Positions 12,701 through 26,597 of a stretch of 64,000 nucleotides of DNA are shown piece by piece (the first letter of the stretch is position 1; each line of letters opens with the position of its first letter). This DNA is from Octopus vulgaris (taxonomy: Eukaryota): NCBI GenBank assembly GCA_951406725.2, contig OX597816.1:67332001-67396000 (forward strand), written 5' to 3'. The notes under the pieces were generated by a model. It saw only the letters and a program-made list of their open reading frames with translations, was not told where the DNA came from and did not search any database. Made by a program: the position numbers and the translations under genes.

Positions 12701-15700
12701 TCTCACTGCATGGCACCTTGTGCAAGTATCTTCTACTATAATCCTGAGCCAACCGAAATCTTGTGGTTGGCCCTTCCTAACACCAACCATTTTATAGTGT
12801 GTCCCAGGTGCTTTTTATGTGGAACCAGTACTAGTGAGATCACCAAGTAACATGCAAAACAAGACCTCTTAAGTGAGGTGGGAGCAGTATTGAGGGAGGT
12901 GCCAGGTGAGGAGAGGTTAGGCTATGATAGAGGGATGGAAACGGGTGTCTTGCAATAGAGGGGATATAGGGCTATTTCAGTTGGAAAAGGAGAGGTGAGA
13001 GAGAAGATGGTGAAGATGTGCTGGGGTACACCCTCAACTTACAGGGAGGGGTAATATAAGCGAAGTGGTACAGAGGATTGGATAGGGTTAATGGGTAGGA
13101 GAGTTTGTGGGAGTATGGAAGGGGGATGAGAGATGGTGATGAGGAGAGTGGAGTTAGAAAGATGAGTTGTGAGGGACAAATTGCCTGCTAGTACCCAACT
13201 TGTCTTTCCTTGCATCAAGTGCATTATAAGGAAAAATGAAGGTCAATAATTTTTGAATTTCACAAGTCTGTAGTGTTGCTGCTTTCATTGAGACAATACA
13301 CCCTGTCAGTACATTTGAAGATGACTACTGAAGGCGAAAGATCTGTAGCACTTCAGTATAAAGCTGGTTGCATGCATGTAACTTACAACAGATGTATTAC
13401 ACTATCCTTCTGAATAACTTCAATGGATGAAAAACATGTTCTCTCTGGAGAAGATACCAGTTTATTGCAGATTGTAGTGAGTTTTTCCCACATTATAAAC
13501 TGCATTGATTCTGCTGCACTGATTACAGCAGTAAAATATATCATCCTGGGTACCTACAATTTATAGAATTAGAAGCTAAATTAAGTAAGATTGTAACAAT
13601 TATAACAAGTTAGATGCACCAACCTCATCCATTACTCTCTTCCTACCAAGTGAGTTAGGAGGACTTTAAATGATTCATAAGCATTATTGTTGCTTAATGA
13701 ACACCAGTAAATAAAAATAAGGGTGGAGGGATAATCTATAAGTTTTTATATTTAACATTGTGCTATTATTACTCTATTTTATATTGAATTTTCTAGACCA
13801 AAATTTACAACCAAAAATGGTAGGTTGATTTATACACCAAACAACATTAGAGGACCAAAAATACCCTGTGAAAAGCAACAGGTTTTGGAAAGACAGTGTT
13901 TGTTCACAATACATGTTTACATTGTATATTATGTTGTGTGTCATGTTACATTTCATAACAATTGTTTGTTTGTTGCAGTGTAAAGAAAACCGAGTGATAG
14001 CCGAGAAAACCAGATCAGCTTCTCATAAAGGTAAATTTAAGAAACAAAAATCTTTATCAAGGCTACTTTTTTCTTTTATTTATCTTGTAAGTAATTCAAA
14101 ACTATGTGGAAGTATTTATGTGTATTTCACATAATGTAGTACCAGGTCTTATCAATTCAATACTAGACTTATAAAACACAAACAAACCACGCAAAGCTCA
14201 TCAAGGTCTTTGCTTGATCAACTCAGAGAAAACAGTATTACGTGAAACCCATTTGATGTTTTGGTCTTGTTTCATATTTTAGAGCTTTATTAGAGTAACA
14301 ATTCTTTGTCTGATATTTTGTACATGACTCGTTGACAGAGCGGCTAACTGGCTTCCATGCCAGTGGCACATAAAAGGCACCATTCGAGTGTGATTGTTAC
14401 CAGCATCGCCTTACTGGCACTTGTGCCCGTGCTAGTAGGGTGCCAGGAGCACCATCCGAGCATGATTGTTGCCAGAGCAGCCAACTGGCTTCCATGCTGG
14501 TGGCACTTAAAAGGCCACCATTCGAGCGTGATTGTTATCAACATCACCTTACTGGTACCTGTGCTGATGGCATGTGTAAAAAGATTCGAGCAAGGTCATT
14601 GCCAGTATCGCCTGACTGGCCCCGTGCCGGTGGCACATAAAAAGCACCCACTACACTCTCGGAGTGGTTGGCGTTAGGAAGGGCATCCAGCTGTAGAAAC
14701 TCTGCCAGATCAAGATTGGAACCTGATGCAGCCATCTGGTTTGCCAGCTCTCAGTCAAAATCGTCCAACCCATGCTAGCATGGAAAGCGGACTTTAAACG
14801 ATGATGATGATGTCTTCAAACATTGAGCAAATGGATAAATAGATGAAATGTGATTTTGAGTCATGTTATGTGTCATCTACTGAGATATGGAAAGTTGCTA
14901 TAGAGCAACCCTATTTAATCCATAGCAATATGGAAATGTAGATGTTAAAATGAAGATCATCATGGCATTGTCTATGTCACCAGTCATGGTATCAAGGGTT
15001 TGAGAATAGAAAAGTAATGAGTTGTAATTTTTATTAAAGCTGTCACATGGTACCATTTATTTTTGTTTTCTTTCTGTAGTTGAACGAGAGTTGGTAAATT
15101 ATTGGAAGTCTTTATCATCACCACCAAGTGGAACAATTGAGAAAATATTTAACTCCAGATTAGAACCAGCATTAGTTATAAACAGTCTGGTGTTGCAGAT
15201 TGTCAAGGTAAGTAAACTTAAAGAGACTGGGAACTTAGCACCACACACCATATTAGAGTTTTATTGATTTTACAGAAAATGCAAGAAACTGTTTAAAACT
15301 ACTTGGTTATCTAAGAGAAGTGTAACAACACAAACTCATTTGCCTGTTTTTCCATGATAGCATGGGTCGGACAGATATGTTATTAAAGTATTGTTTTACA
15401 TCTGGATACCCTTTCTGCTGTGAACCCTTACCTGTTTTTCAATTAAGGGATCTCTTGTACCACATGTCTTCAAAATTATGAAGTGAATGGATGATTTGTT
15501 GATATAAAACATGACAACACCACCATTGCTTGTAGCTCACAACTTTCATAAAACACAAATGTAAACAAGAACACAGACATACACACACACACAGGTTTCT
15601 TTTCAGTTTCCATCAATCAGATTCACTCACAATCCTAAAGTAAAAAAAAATTGTCCAAGGTGGTGTGCAGTAGGACTGAACCCCAAACTTCATGGTTAGG

Positions 15701-18700
15701 TAGTGACCTTTCTTAACCACTCAGTCATTCTCCCACCTGTCTTATAAATGTTTCAAAATATATTTTGAGGACAATAGCCTTATTGGCTCTCAGTATCCAG
15801 TGAGTTAATTACTGTTTCACTGTGTTTGCAATGGTGTGAATGATAAGGGAATGTTTGTACAACTAAGAATTAGTACAATATGATGCTTTTGTACGAACAT
15901 ATCAGTTTATTAACAATTTTCTGGCTGATATACATCTACATATATCATCACTTTATGCCTGGCATTTATTGGACAGGTCTGACAAACATTTTAACCACTT
16001 GTGTAATTTTATTATCAAACATACAACTGTGAAAACTAACCAGATTTGTTAATATAGGCGCAGGAGTGGCTGTGTGGTAAGTAGTTTGCTTACCAACCAC
16101 ATGGTTCCGGGTTCAGTCCCACTGCGTGGCACCTTAGGCAAGTGTCTTCTATTATAGCCTCAGGCCAACCAAAGCCTTGTGAGTGGATTTGGTAAATGGA
16201 AACTGAAAGAAGCCCGTCGTATATATATATATATATATGTGTGTGTGTATGTGTGTCCCCTCAACATCACTTGACAACCGATGGTGGTGTGTTTATGTCC
16301 CCATAACTTAGCAGTTCGGCAAAAGAAGCCGATAGAATAAGTACTAGGCTTACAAAGAATAAGTCCTGGTGTCAATTTGCTCGACTAAATGCGGTGCTCC
16401 AGCATAGCCACAGTCAAAATGACTGAATCAAGTAAAAGAGTATATATATATACCTGTGTGTGTATGTATCCTCTACAGCTAGACTATTTCTGCCTTTTGT
16501 TCATACTTCAACCTCTCATTACTTGGCATGAAGCCACCGTTCTCTGCATCACATCTACCCTTGGTTGAGGGATTTTTGTCTTGAAGGTTACTTGGTCACT
16601 TCACTGGTGTTGGTGCCACATAATAAGCACCCTGTACAATTTGTAAAGGGCTTCAAGCTATAGAAATCCTGGCAAAATAAAAAGTAGAGCTTCATGCAGT
16701 TGTCTAGCTTGCCAGCATCTGTCAAACTGTCCACCCCATGCCAGTATGGAAAATGGATTTTAAAGGTTATAGTGATTGTGTGTGTGTGTGTGTGTGTGTG
16801 TATCTACATATATGACTGCTTGCTCTGTGTTTTCTAAGACCTTTGGAATAAAACAAAATCCCTAATTTGAAAACTGGTAAATGTTGGCAACAGGAAGAGC
16901 ATCCAGCTCTAAAATCCAGCCTCAAATAACTTCTCACCCAAATATATGCTCACTCAAAAAACACAGATAAAATGGATATTGACTGAAGAAATGTGTGTGT
17001 GTGTGAGAGAGAGGGAGAGAGACACAAATGGAAACAACATAGGGTAAAGAGAACTCCTTAGTTTTGAAATTTGAATGGTAGTATCATTAGAAAGCTGTCC
17101 AAATGAGTCTATTGTTACACATTCTAGATGCAACCTTGAGAGCTGTTCAAATGATTCTGTTGCAACACATCCTAGAATGAATTAAAAAAAAAAAACCCAT
17201 ACATTCCTCAACCTCTGAACACTTTACTGATCTAATTACCCAACCTTTCCTTTGAATTAGAATTTTCTGGAACCCTTCCTCTGCAGAAGTTTGATCTAAA
17301 CATCAACTATATCGATCTTAATAGTTTGGGGGGGGGTGGGGGGGGGGCAGATAAGGGCACTGTCCTTCTTCAGAATAAATATTGTTTCTTATATTAGCAC
17401 AAGGCCAAAAATGTATGTAATTAATTAGTTAATCAAGTCAGTGCCTGTGTTTGACCAATATTTTATTTTGTTAAACCACAGAAATTAAAAGCAGAATTTA
17501 AACACACATCATTTTATCCACTTTTCTTCTGATTCTGCCATTCAGAACCTATTACTATAATCATTTTTATATATAACTATCAACTTTTTTTTACACATTT
17601 ATTATTCATTTACTTTCAGTTGCTGGAGGCAAGTCAGTACGAAATGGTCCAGTGGTACTATATCCATTCTAATGCAGGACAACCAACACCTTACCTTAGT
17701 GAAAAAGAAACTAGACTCTTTCAGCTTATCAGTGTTCTAAATGATCGACCAGATGTAGTAAGTATAAGAAAATACCGTATTCCCAGAATACTGATAGCTA
17801 GTGTTGTTGCTCTTTAGCTCTAGGTTAGCTCAATGTTGGAAAGCTTTCTAACTGTAATTGTCTGATGTTTTGCAGACACAAAATGTACCTAGAATCTATT
17901 ATTATTCAATGTGTCTTTTTTAAAAAACTGTCAGGGGCACATAAAAAGCCGTTGCCAGTACCACCTAACTGGCCCTCGTGCCGGTGGCATGTAAAAGCAC
18001 CCACTACACTCTCGGAATGGTTGCCGTTTGGAAGAGCATCCAGCTGTAGAAACTCTGCCGGATCAGATTGGAGCCTGGTGCAGCCATCTGGTTCACCAGA
18101 CCTCAGTCAAATCATCCAACCCATGCTAGCATGGACAGTAGACGTTAAACGATGATGGTGATGATGTTAGGTATGATTTGGGGGTGAGTTTTGCTACTAT
18201 TTCTCACAAACTGAATAGCCATTCAGAGGATTCTGGCTTTCTCCCAGGAAACTAGTGACTGTGTTTTTTTTTTTTAGGTAAAAATCATTTTAGTAAGATC
18301 CATCATTATCTTCATCATCATTTACGAGGTGCATTCAAAAAGTACCTGACTTTATTTTTTCCCACCAAAATTAATGCAGCAGGCAAAAATCCTTTGGGTG
18401 AGAGGTGACGCCACCCTTCCTGTGCATGTATGGAAATTTTCATGCTGGTAGGTTGCATCAGTTCCCGGCTATTATGCTTAGAGTACAGATGTGTGGTGTG
18501 CACTTGTGAGATTTTCGTTTTCATCAAATGTATAGAGCAGAGATATTGCATCAAGTTTTCCCAAAAGCTTGGTGATACTGAAACCATCCAGAAGATTCAG
18601 CAGGCCTTTGGTGATGATACCATGGGCAAAAGCTCAGATCAAGGAATGGTACATCTGCTTCAAACATGGCCACACCGGGGGGGGGGGCTCATTCAGGCAA

Positions 18701-21700
18701 GCTGAAATGAGGAGCCGGTTGAATATGTTTGGTGAATAGGTATGGAAGACCATTGTGTAACAATCCAGGAAATTGTGGGGATAAGCACAGGATCAGTGCA
18801 TTCCATTTTAATTGTGCATGCAGAGTGTTGGCGAAATTTGTCTCCAAAGTGCTAGTGTAGCAGCAGAAGCAACACTACATGGAAATCTTTCAGGACATAC
18901 TGGACTGTGTAAACCACAACCCAAACTGCATGAAGACCATCATCACTGGTGATGAGACGTGGGTTTATGGTCTTTGCCTGATGCATTTGGTCATCTTGCA
19001 TGAAACGGAAAATCCGATGAGCGTGCACTACAGATCTGTACTCTAGGTGGAACAGCCAGTAACTGATGTGGCTAACTGGTGTGAAAATGTTCATGCATGC
19101 ACAGGAAGGGTAGTGTTGCCTTGCGCCCAAAAGATTTTGCCCCTGCAGCATTGGTTTTGGCAAGAATAAATAAGTTGAATACTTTTTGAACTTACCTTGT
19201 ATGTGCATAGACATATGTATAGAGATGAAAGTCAACATAGACACACTTACATATACCTATATGTACATGGATGAATCTAAACACATGTAAATTAGAGTCA
19301 GTATGTTCAGGAGAGAGAGTGATGGAATGACAAAAGCATTAGAATGGTAAACAAAGGCACAGTGGTTTGAAAGAATAAATATAGTGAATTTGTAAATTGT
19401 AGTTGCGATACCTGTGCTGGTGGCACGTAAAAAGCACCATCCGAAGTGGCCAATGCCAGCACTGCCTTGACTGGTGTCTGTGCCGGTGGCATGTGAAAAG
19501 CACCAACCGCTCGTAGCTGTTGCCAGCCTCCTTTGGCCCCTGTGCAGGTGGCATGTAAAAAGCACCCACTACACTTACAGAGTGGTTGGCATTAGGAAGG
19601 ACATCCAGTTGTAGAAACACTACCAGATCAGACTGGAGCCTGGTGCAGCCTCCTGACTTCCCAGACTCCGGTTCAACCGTCCAACCCATGCTAGCACGGA
19701 AAACGGATGTTAAATGATGATGATGATGATATAATAGGTACAATGATGGACAAATAACATGGATTTACAGAATTATTAGAATACTGGGTTCACAAATCAA
19801 TAGAATGACAGTTGTTTATTTTATTTTATGTTTTTAAATCTTGTCTTTCATCTTTTTGGGATTAATAGCAGTGAAACACTGGGGTCAATATAATCATCTG
19901 TGCCTCTCTCTTCACTCGAAATTGTGAAATCTTATACTTTTTAGAAATCATTGTTATTGGTAAAAGAAAGGATTTTTAAAAAATAATAGTGATAATAATA
20001 ATTGTTATTATTAATGATAAAAAAATTATTATTTACATTTTCATTTATTAATTTTTTTTCTTTTCTAGAATGACTTTATCCCTAAACTCTGTGATAGTAT
20101 TCAGAAAGCTGTGTACAACTATGGCAAGGAATCAAACCATTTAGGAAGATGGTCTCTTTGGTAAGTTATTCAGCATATATATTTATATAAGTGTGTGTGT
20201 TTGAATTGAAAGTTTTTGTTTTTTTGCCTTTTCTACGTCTATTTTCCTCCATTAATGTGGGCAGGTGTAATTTACAATATGTTCATATTTGTTTGCGTTT
20301 ATGGATTTTTAGCTGGTTGTTAGCTATTTTCTTATTGCTGACTAATCAGTGAACCAAAGAGTGAGACAGGATTGGAACCAGCTGACTAATGTACTTTGCT
20401 GAAGAATACAACGCAGCCAATGAGATAACTTTTACTTAGATGCTTGACCAGCTAAAAATAGCAGAAGAAATTAGATAATGTGGTCTTAGATACATTATGT
20501 CATAATGGTCAAGTTAGAATGTTTTTGGTCATGAATCTGCTCAATCAGATCTCACATGGGATCAAACAACAACAATATAGTTGTAGCATATTATATATTG
20601 AACTATGGACCATATGTTCAGGAGACATCATCATCATTTAATGTCCGCTTTCCATGCTAGCATGGGTTGGACGATTTTGACTGAGGGCTGCACCAGGCTC
20701 CAATCTTGATCTGGCAGAGTTTCTACAGCTGGATGCCCTTCCTAACGCCAACCACTCCGAGAGTGTAGTGGGTACTTTTATGTGCCACCGGCATGGGCGC
20801 CAGTCAGGCAGTACTGGCAACAGCCTCACTTGAACCTTTTTACACGTGCCACTGGCACAGGTGCCAGTGAAGCAATGTTGGTAATGACCACACTTGAATG
20901 GCGCCCTTTTACGTGCCATGGTGGAAGCCAGTTGGCTGCTCTGGCAATGATCACGCTCAGATTAGCACCCTACTAGCACATGCACAAGCGCCAGTAAGGC
21001 AACGCTGGTAACAATCATACTCGAATGGTGTCCTTTTATGTGCCACTGGCACAGAAGCCGGTTAGTCACTCTGTCAACGATCAGCCGCTCTGTCAAAATT
21101 TATAGCTACCTTATCTGTTCTTATTTGGTTTTATAGCTCAGATGATACTAAGGAAGTAACAATCAGTTATAGATAAGTTTAACTTTCAGTGGGCACTCAG
21201 AAAGTATTTTCTCGGCAAAAGTGGTGAGTGGCAGAATTGTTTGCATGTTGGACCAAATATTTAGCAGTATTTCTTCCAGCTCTTTATATTCTGGGTTCAA
21301 ATCCTGTTCAGGTCACCTTTGCCTTTCATTCCTTTGGGGTCAACAATATAAAGTGTCAGTCGAGCACTGGAATCAATGTAATTGACTTGTCCCCTCCCTT
21401 CAAAATTGCTGGCCATCACCCTACAACAAACCAGTATCCCCAATCATAGGGGATGTTGTGGTATTGGTCATTTGTATGCAATGCAAACTGGATAACTTGT
21501 CTACCGAGTCCTAGGGGTTGAAACTATAGTGTGTGTGTGTGTGTGTGTGTGTGTAAGTTGAGTAGTTAGTGAATTTTGCAAGATAAAGATCTGTATCCAG
21601 TTGCCAGGGTTCCATGGTCTTTAGAGATCTGCTATTTATATAACTGGTTACTGGCAAAATTCCTTGTGAGTGAATCCAAGTCCTCTAAATGATCAAATCT

Positions 21701-21982
21701 GAGTTTGTACCATTGAACTCTCTACTCATTATCTCGCTGGCTACTGTTAAGGGTACATGTGTCTCTAGAATAACTCAGCAGCTTACACATTAATTTCAGA
21801 AGTAGGTGGTCAGACTAACAGGCTAGTCAGTTTATTATTTCAGTGCAGTAGTTACTTTTAGAGATGGTTTGACTTACTTTGGAAGATTGATATTATAGAA
21901 ATGGAAGTTTTTTATAGTCACATATATAGCTGTCATTGTATGATCATCATAAGATTCATTACTGAGTATCTCTCTCTCTCAT

Positions 21983-22016
<34 letters not shown>

Positions 22017-22674
22017 TATAACATTTGGAAATTGTATCTAACATCTCTACTTTCTTTCATTTCAGCCGTGTATATATTGCTTTATGCCGTCTTCAAGGTG
22101 AGACCTTTATTTATATTTTAAAAAAAATTTTACCACCCATCAAGTGAAGGTCAGCTTCATGAAACCTGTATTTAACCCTTAAGCATTTTAAGCGCCCATA
22201 TCCTGTCCAAATATTCTTGTTTTATGCTCAAACCAACCAGATCTGGCTTGTCACACCTACGCTACTATGTCATTCTAAAAATAAACAATCTCATCATCAA
22301 AATCATAAAGCTACAAGATAATGCATGGTTAATTAAAACAATGTGAATGAATAATTATTACATTTGACAGAAAAACCTGAATGCTGAAGAATAAATCAGT
22401 ATTTGTTCCATCTACCTAGTTTAGTTTGATATGCAAATGTATCTAGGTGTATATTTATCTATTCTCTTTATCTAACTTGTCCTACTTTTTACTATTTCCA
22501 AATCACAACTCCATGCATGCAGCTGTGTATGTACATAAGTTTTAAGGTCCTGCTATGCACTTGTGTGTATTTTAGTATTGATCTGTATGTGTGTTTGTGA
22601 GTATGTGTGTCTGTTCTGTCTATTTAGGTTACTCATATTAGCTTACTCATCATATTTGACCCACAACTCTGTAA

Positions 22675-22758
<84 letters not shown>

Positions 22759-25387
22759 ATATGTGCCCTGCACATGTTAAAAGATAAAGTTTAAGCTTTG
22801 TTACTGATTTATCAAGACTAGGTAATAGATTAGGTTGTAAGGAATTCCAGACAGTCTATGAGTTCAGCTAACTGATTTGAAGATAAAGTCAGTGTTTGTT
22901 ATATGCAAGTGTTTGTTAGATGAAAGAGGTCATTGAGAATGATCTGGATTATGGTAAGATACCTGGAATTGCCAATTCCAAATGTAAGCATGTCAAGATT
23001 GATGCAAAAAAATATCCATTCTTTACATGCTATATCAGAAAGTAAAAAAAACAAAACAATTTCACTGCATAGGTAAATGATATTGTTTATGTTTAACATA
23101 AAAACATGTTCAGCTGTTGAGCAGATAATCCTTCAAAGGACCAAAGGACTAAGTACTTTACTTTGAAATGCATAATGACTGGTGATAGGAATGACATCAG
23201 GTGGTAGAATACTGCCTTAACAAGTCCTGTTCAACCTATACTTGCATGGAGAAAGTACACATTAAAAAAACAGAAAAATGTTTAAATATAGGTGCAGGAG
23301 TGGCTGTGTGGTAAGCAGCTTGCTTACCAACCACATGGTTCCGGGTTCAATCCCACTGTATGTCACCTTGGGCAAGTGTCTTCTACTATAGCCTTGGGCC
23401 GACCAAAGCCTTGTGAGAGGATTTGGTAGACGAAATCTGAAAAAAAGCCCGTCATATATATGTATATATATGTGTGTGTGTCTGTGTTTGTCCCCCCCTC
23501 CAACATTGCTTGACAACCGATGCTGGTGTGTTTACATCCCCGTAACTTAGCCCTTTGTCACCAGCAGGGGTAGAAGCTTTCTAAACTTTGCCCAGGCTAT
23601 TCTTATTCTAGTGGTAACACTCTCAGAGCATCCACCCCCACTACTAACTTGGTCACCTGGGTAGCGGAAACTATCAACTACTTCTAGTTTCTCTCCGTGG
23701 AGTGTGATGGAATCTGTTTTCTTAGCATCTGTAGTGTTTATTGCTCCTGTGCATCTGCCGCACATGAAAGCTATCTTCCCAGTTAATCTTTCTTTGATGT
23801 TGCTTCACCTCTTATGTGTCCATAGCTTACACTGGGTACATCTTATGGAGTTTCTACCTACACCTTTTCTACAGATCCAGCAGGGTCTCCTACCTGAAGG
23901 GTTCCTACTTACTAGAACTTTGGTCTTTGCTACATTGACTCTAAGGCCTTTTGATTCTAAACCTTGCTTCTACACCTGAAATTTCTTCTCTAGTTCTGCT
24001 ATGAGGGCCAGGTCATCAGCATAGAGGGGCTCCCAGGGGCAACCTGTCTTGAATTCCTCTGTTATTGCCTGGAGGACTATGATGAATAAAAGGGGACATC
24101 AAACATTTGAGATTTTGAGATTAATAACCAAAAGAAAAAGCTTTGGAAAAAATTTATTTTATAGATTTGTCTGGATATAATATAAAATGTAAGAAGTTCT
24201 TTAATAAACAGTGTAACTTAATACTGCCCTATATATACATTGACTTACAGCTGGCCCAGCTACCCTCTTTTATTGCGATATTACTACAAATCAAAAACTG
24301 ATTTTAATCTGATGACAATGTGATAATACTGGGAAACAACGAGCCGGCTTTAAGGTCAAAATCTAAATAAATAAATATACACTCTGCATTTAAGATGTTT
24401 TTGTTTTTTTTTACTGAAGTGTGGGTTTCTTGGTGCTTTGAAAAAATTATATGAAATAAATATATTATAGAATATTTATGAACTCCAATCTTGAGCAATG
24501 GAAAGAGAGCAGATCTAAGGTTAGGGCTTGTATTGTTTTATATATATATCATCTTTGTTGTTTTTCCATCTCCTTTACCATACTGTCATGGGTTGGACAA
24601 GACCTTTTGAAGTAGTCTTTCACATTTGGGTGTCCTTTTTAAAATTAACAATTTTAATTGCCCCTTACAGCATGCAGGCATCTTTTCTAAAAATGAAGAC
24701 ACACACACACATATTTATGATCATCAGTGATTCACATAAACTTTTCCATTCTAAGTTGGGTGGTTTTTCTTATCATCTCTTCATGCAGAGATGAAGTGTG
24801 CCCACTCTAAAACTGGGGTACACCAGAACGCACATTCTCCTAAATCTATATGCGAGTATATTATGCTTCAGTGAATTAACATATTCTATAATTCTCTATT
24901 TTCTATGCACTTTTTATATAATTTTTCTCTTTTCTCCTTTTCTTGTAGGTCATCTCAGTACGGCCCGTATTTTCTTTTATAACACATTATGCCAGCTGCC
25001 TTCTCCACAGTACATGCTGTTTGCTTTAACTGTCTCTGCTACATGGCCTTTGGTGTTGACTTTTAACAGAGAAGGTAACCCTCTTTTCTATTTAGGTTTT
25101 ATAATCTTAATCTTAAATTTAATAATCTACCCACGGGCATATGGCGTAGTGGTTAAGAGCGCAGGCTACTAACTCCAAGATTCTGAGTTCAATTCCAAGT
25201 AGTGACCTGAATAATAATTATAGGCGCAGGAGTGGTTGTGTGGTAAGTAGCTTGCTTACCAACCACATGATTCTGGGTTCAGTCCCACTGCATGACACCT
25301 TGGGCAAGTGTCTTCCATTATAGCCTCAGGCCGACCAAAGCCTTGTAAGTGGATTTGGTAGACGGAAACTGAAAGAAGCCCGTTGTA

Positions 25388-25435
<48 letters not shown>

Positions 25436-26566
25436 TATGTGTGTGTATATGTTTGTGTCTGTGTTTGTCTCCCCCAACATCGCTTGACAACCAATGGTGG
25501 CGTGTTTACGTCCCATAACTTAGTGGTTCGGCAAAATAGACCGAAAGAATAAGTATTAGGCTTACAAATAATAAGTCCTGGGGTAGATTTGCTTGACTAA
25601 AGGCAGTGCTCCAGCATGGCCGCAGTCAAATGACTGAAACAAGTAAAAGAGTAACATGAACTATTGATTGGCCAGTTGGACCCTACCTCCTCTTTCTGCC
25701 CATAAATCAAACAAAGTTGTTATTTAACTAAATCCCTCCAAATTGTTGAATACTTTAAAATTTTCTTGAAACATAGGCTGTGTGTTTCATTACAAATATT
25801 GTTATGCAATGGTTAAAGTTTGTCTACCACAGCACATTATTTTCAGTAATGATGCTACCTACCTTCTACCAGTTATTGTATTCTTTGTGTGGCATCATTT
25901 CAAAAATAGGCTCTTTTTAATTTTTCTTTATCTATTTCACAGGTGGACAAGTGACTTTACCTCAAGTTATTGAACACGTAGTAGTTAATTCAATCAAAGG
26001 AAAACATGTAGATAAAAAGGTGAGTGATCTTCAGGTTTGCTTCTGGTGTCTTCATTTTTTTTTTTTATGATTTGTTGATTTTTTTTCAAGAGTGCATTCA
26101 TAACTAAGCATGAAACAATTCATGCAAAGAATGCAAAACTATTCATTGAATTTGTTATGAATCTAATCTCCAACATTTCCATTTGTTCAATCACTGGTTA
26201 TTCTTATGATCATGTTCATTGAAGAAACCTTTTATTTAAAACTAGCACTATGACCCAGCGTTGCCAGGTCATAGTGCTAGTGTATGCATATATAGCTGCG
26301 TGCGTGCGCACATACACGCGAGTGCTATCCAAATCTCCAACCAATCACATAAAGCTAGCTGGCATTCAATTGGCGTATCAAGTTTCGGGCACTTTGATTG
26401 GGTTTTGGATAGAAAATTCACAAAAATGTCACTTCTATTGATTTTTTAATGGCTTTGCAGGGTGACTGGCGAAATGTAAAGATGTGCACGACAACCCTTG
26501 GACGGTTTTGAATGACCATAGAAAGTGCGAGCTCTCTGACTGAAAAATTGTGGATTTGTATAAAGG

Positions 26567-26597
<31 letters not shown>

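Noticed and set aside
13797-13819. Possible 23-nt ICE1 micro-exon (ttctag...gtaggt)
   Set aside because: Inclusion shifts the frame and creates a stop in the next exon; the flanking exons join in frame without it. A poison-exon role cannot be shown from sequence.
14360-14650. Repeat-spacer pattern resembling a CRISPR array
   Set aside because: Eukaryotic intron; the linkers are related to each other and recur in many dispersed copies; it is the RTE 3'UTR subrepeat and no cas genes are present.
25134-25220. tRNA gene
   Set aside because: Acceptor stem does not pair, it has an (AAT)n tail, and partial copies occur at ~10940 and ~12450; a SINE head.
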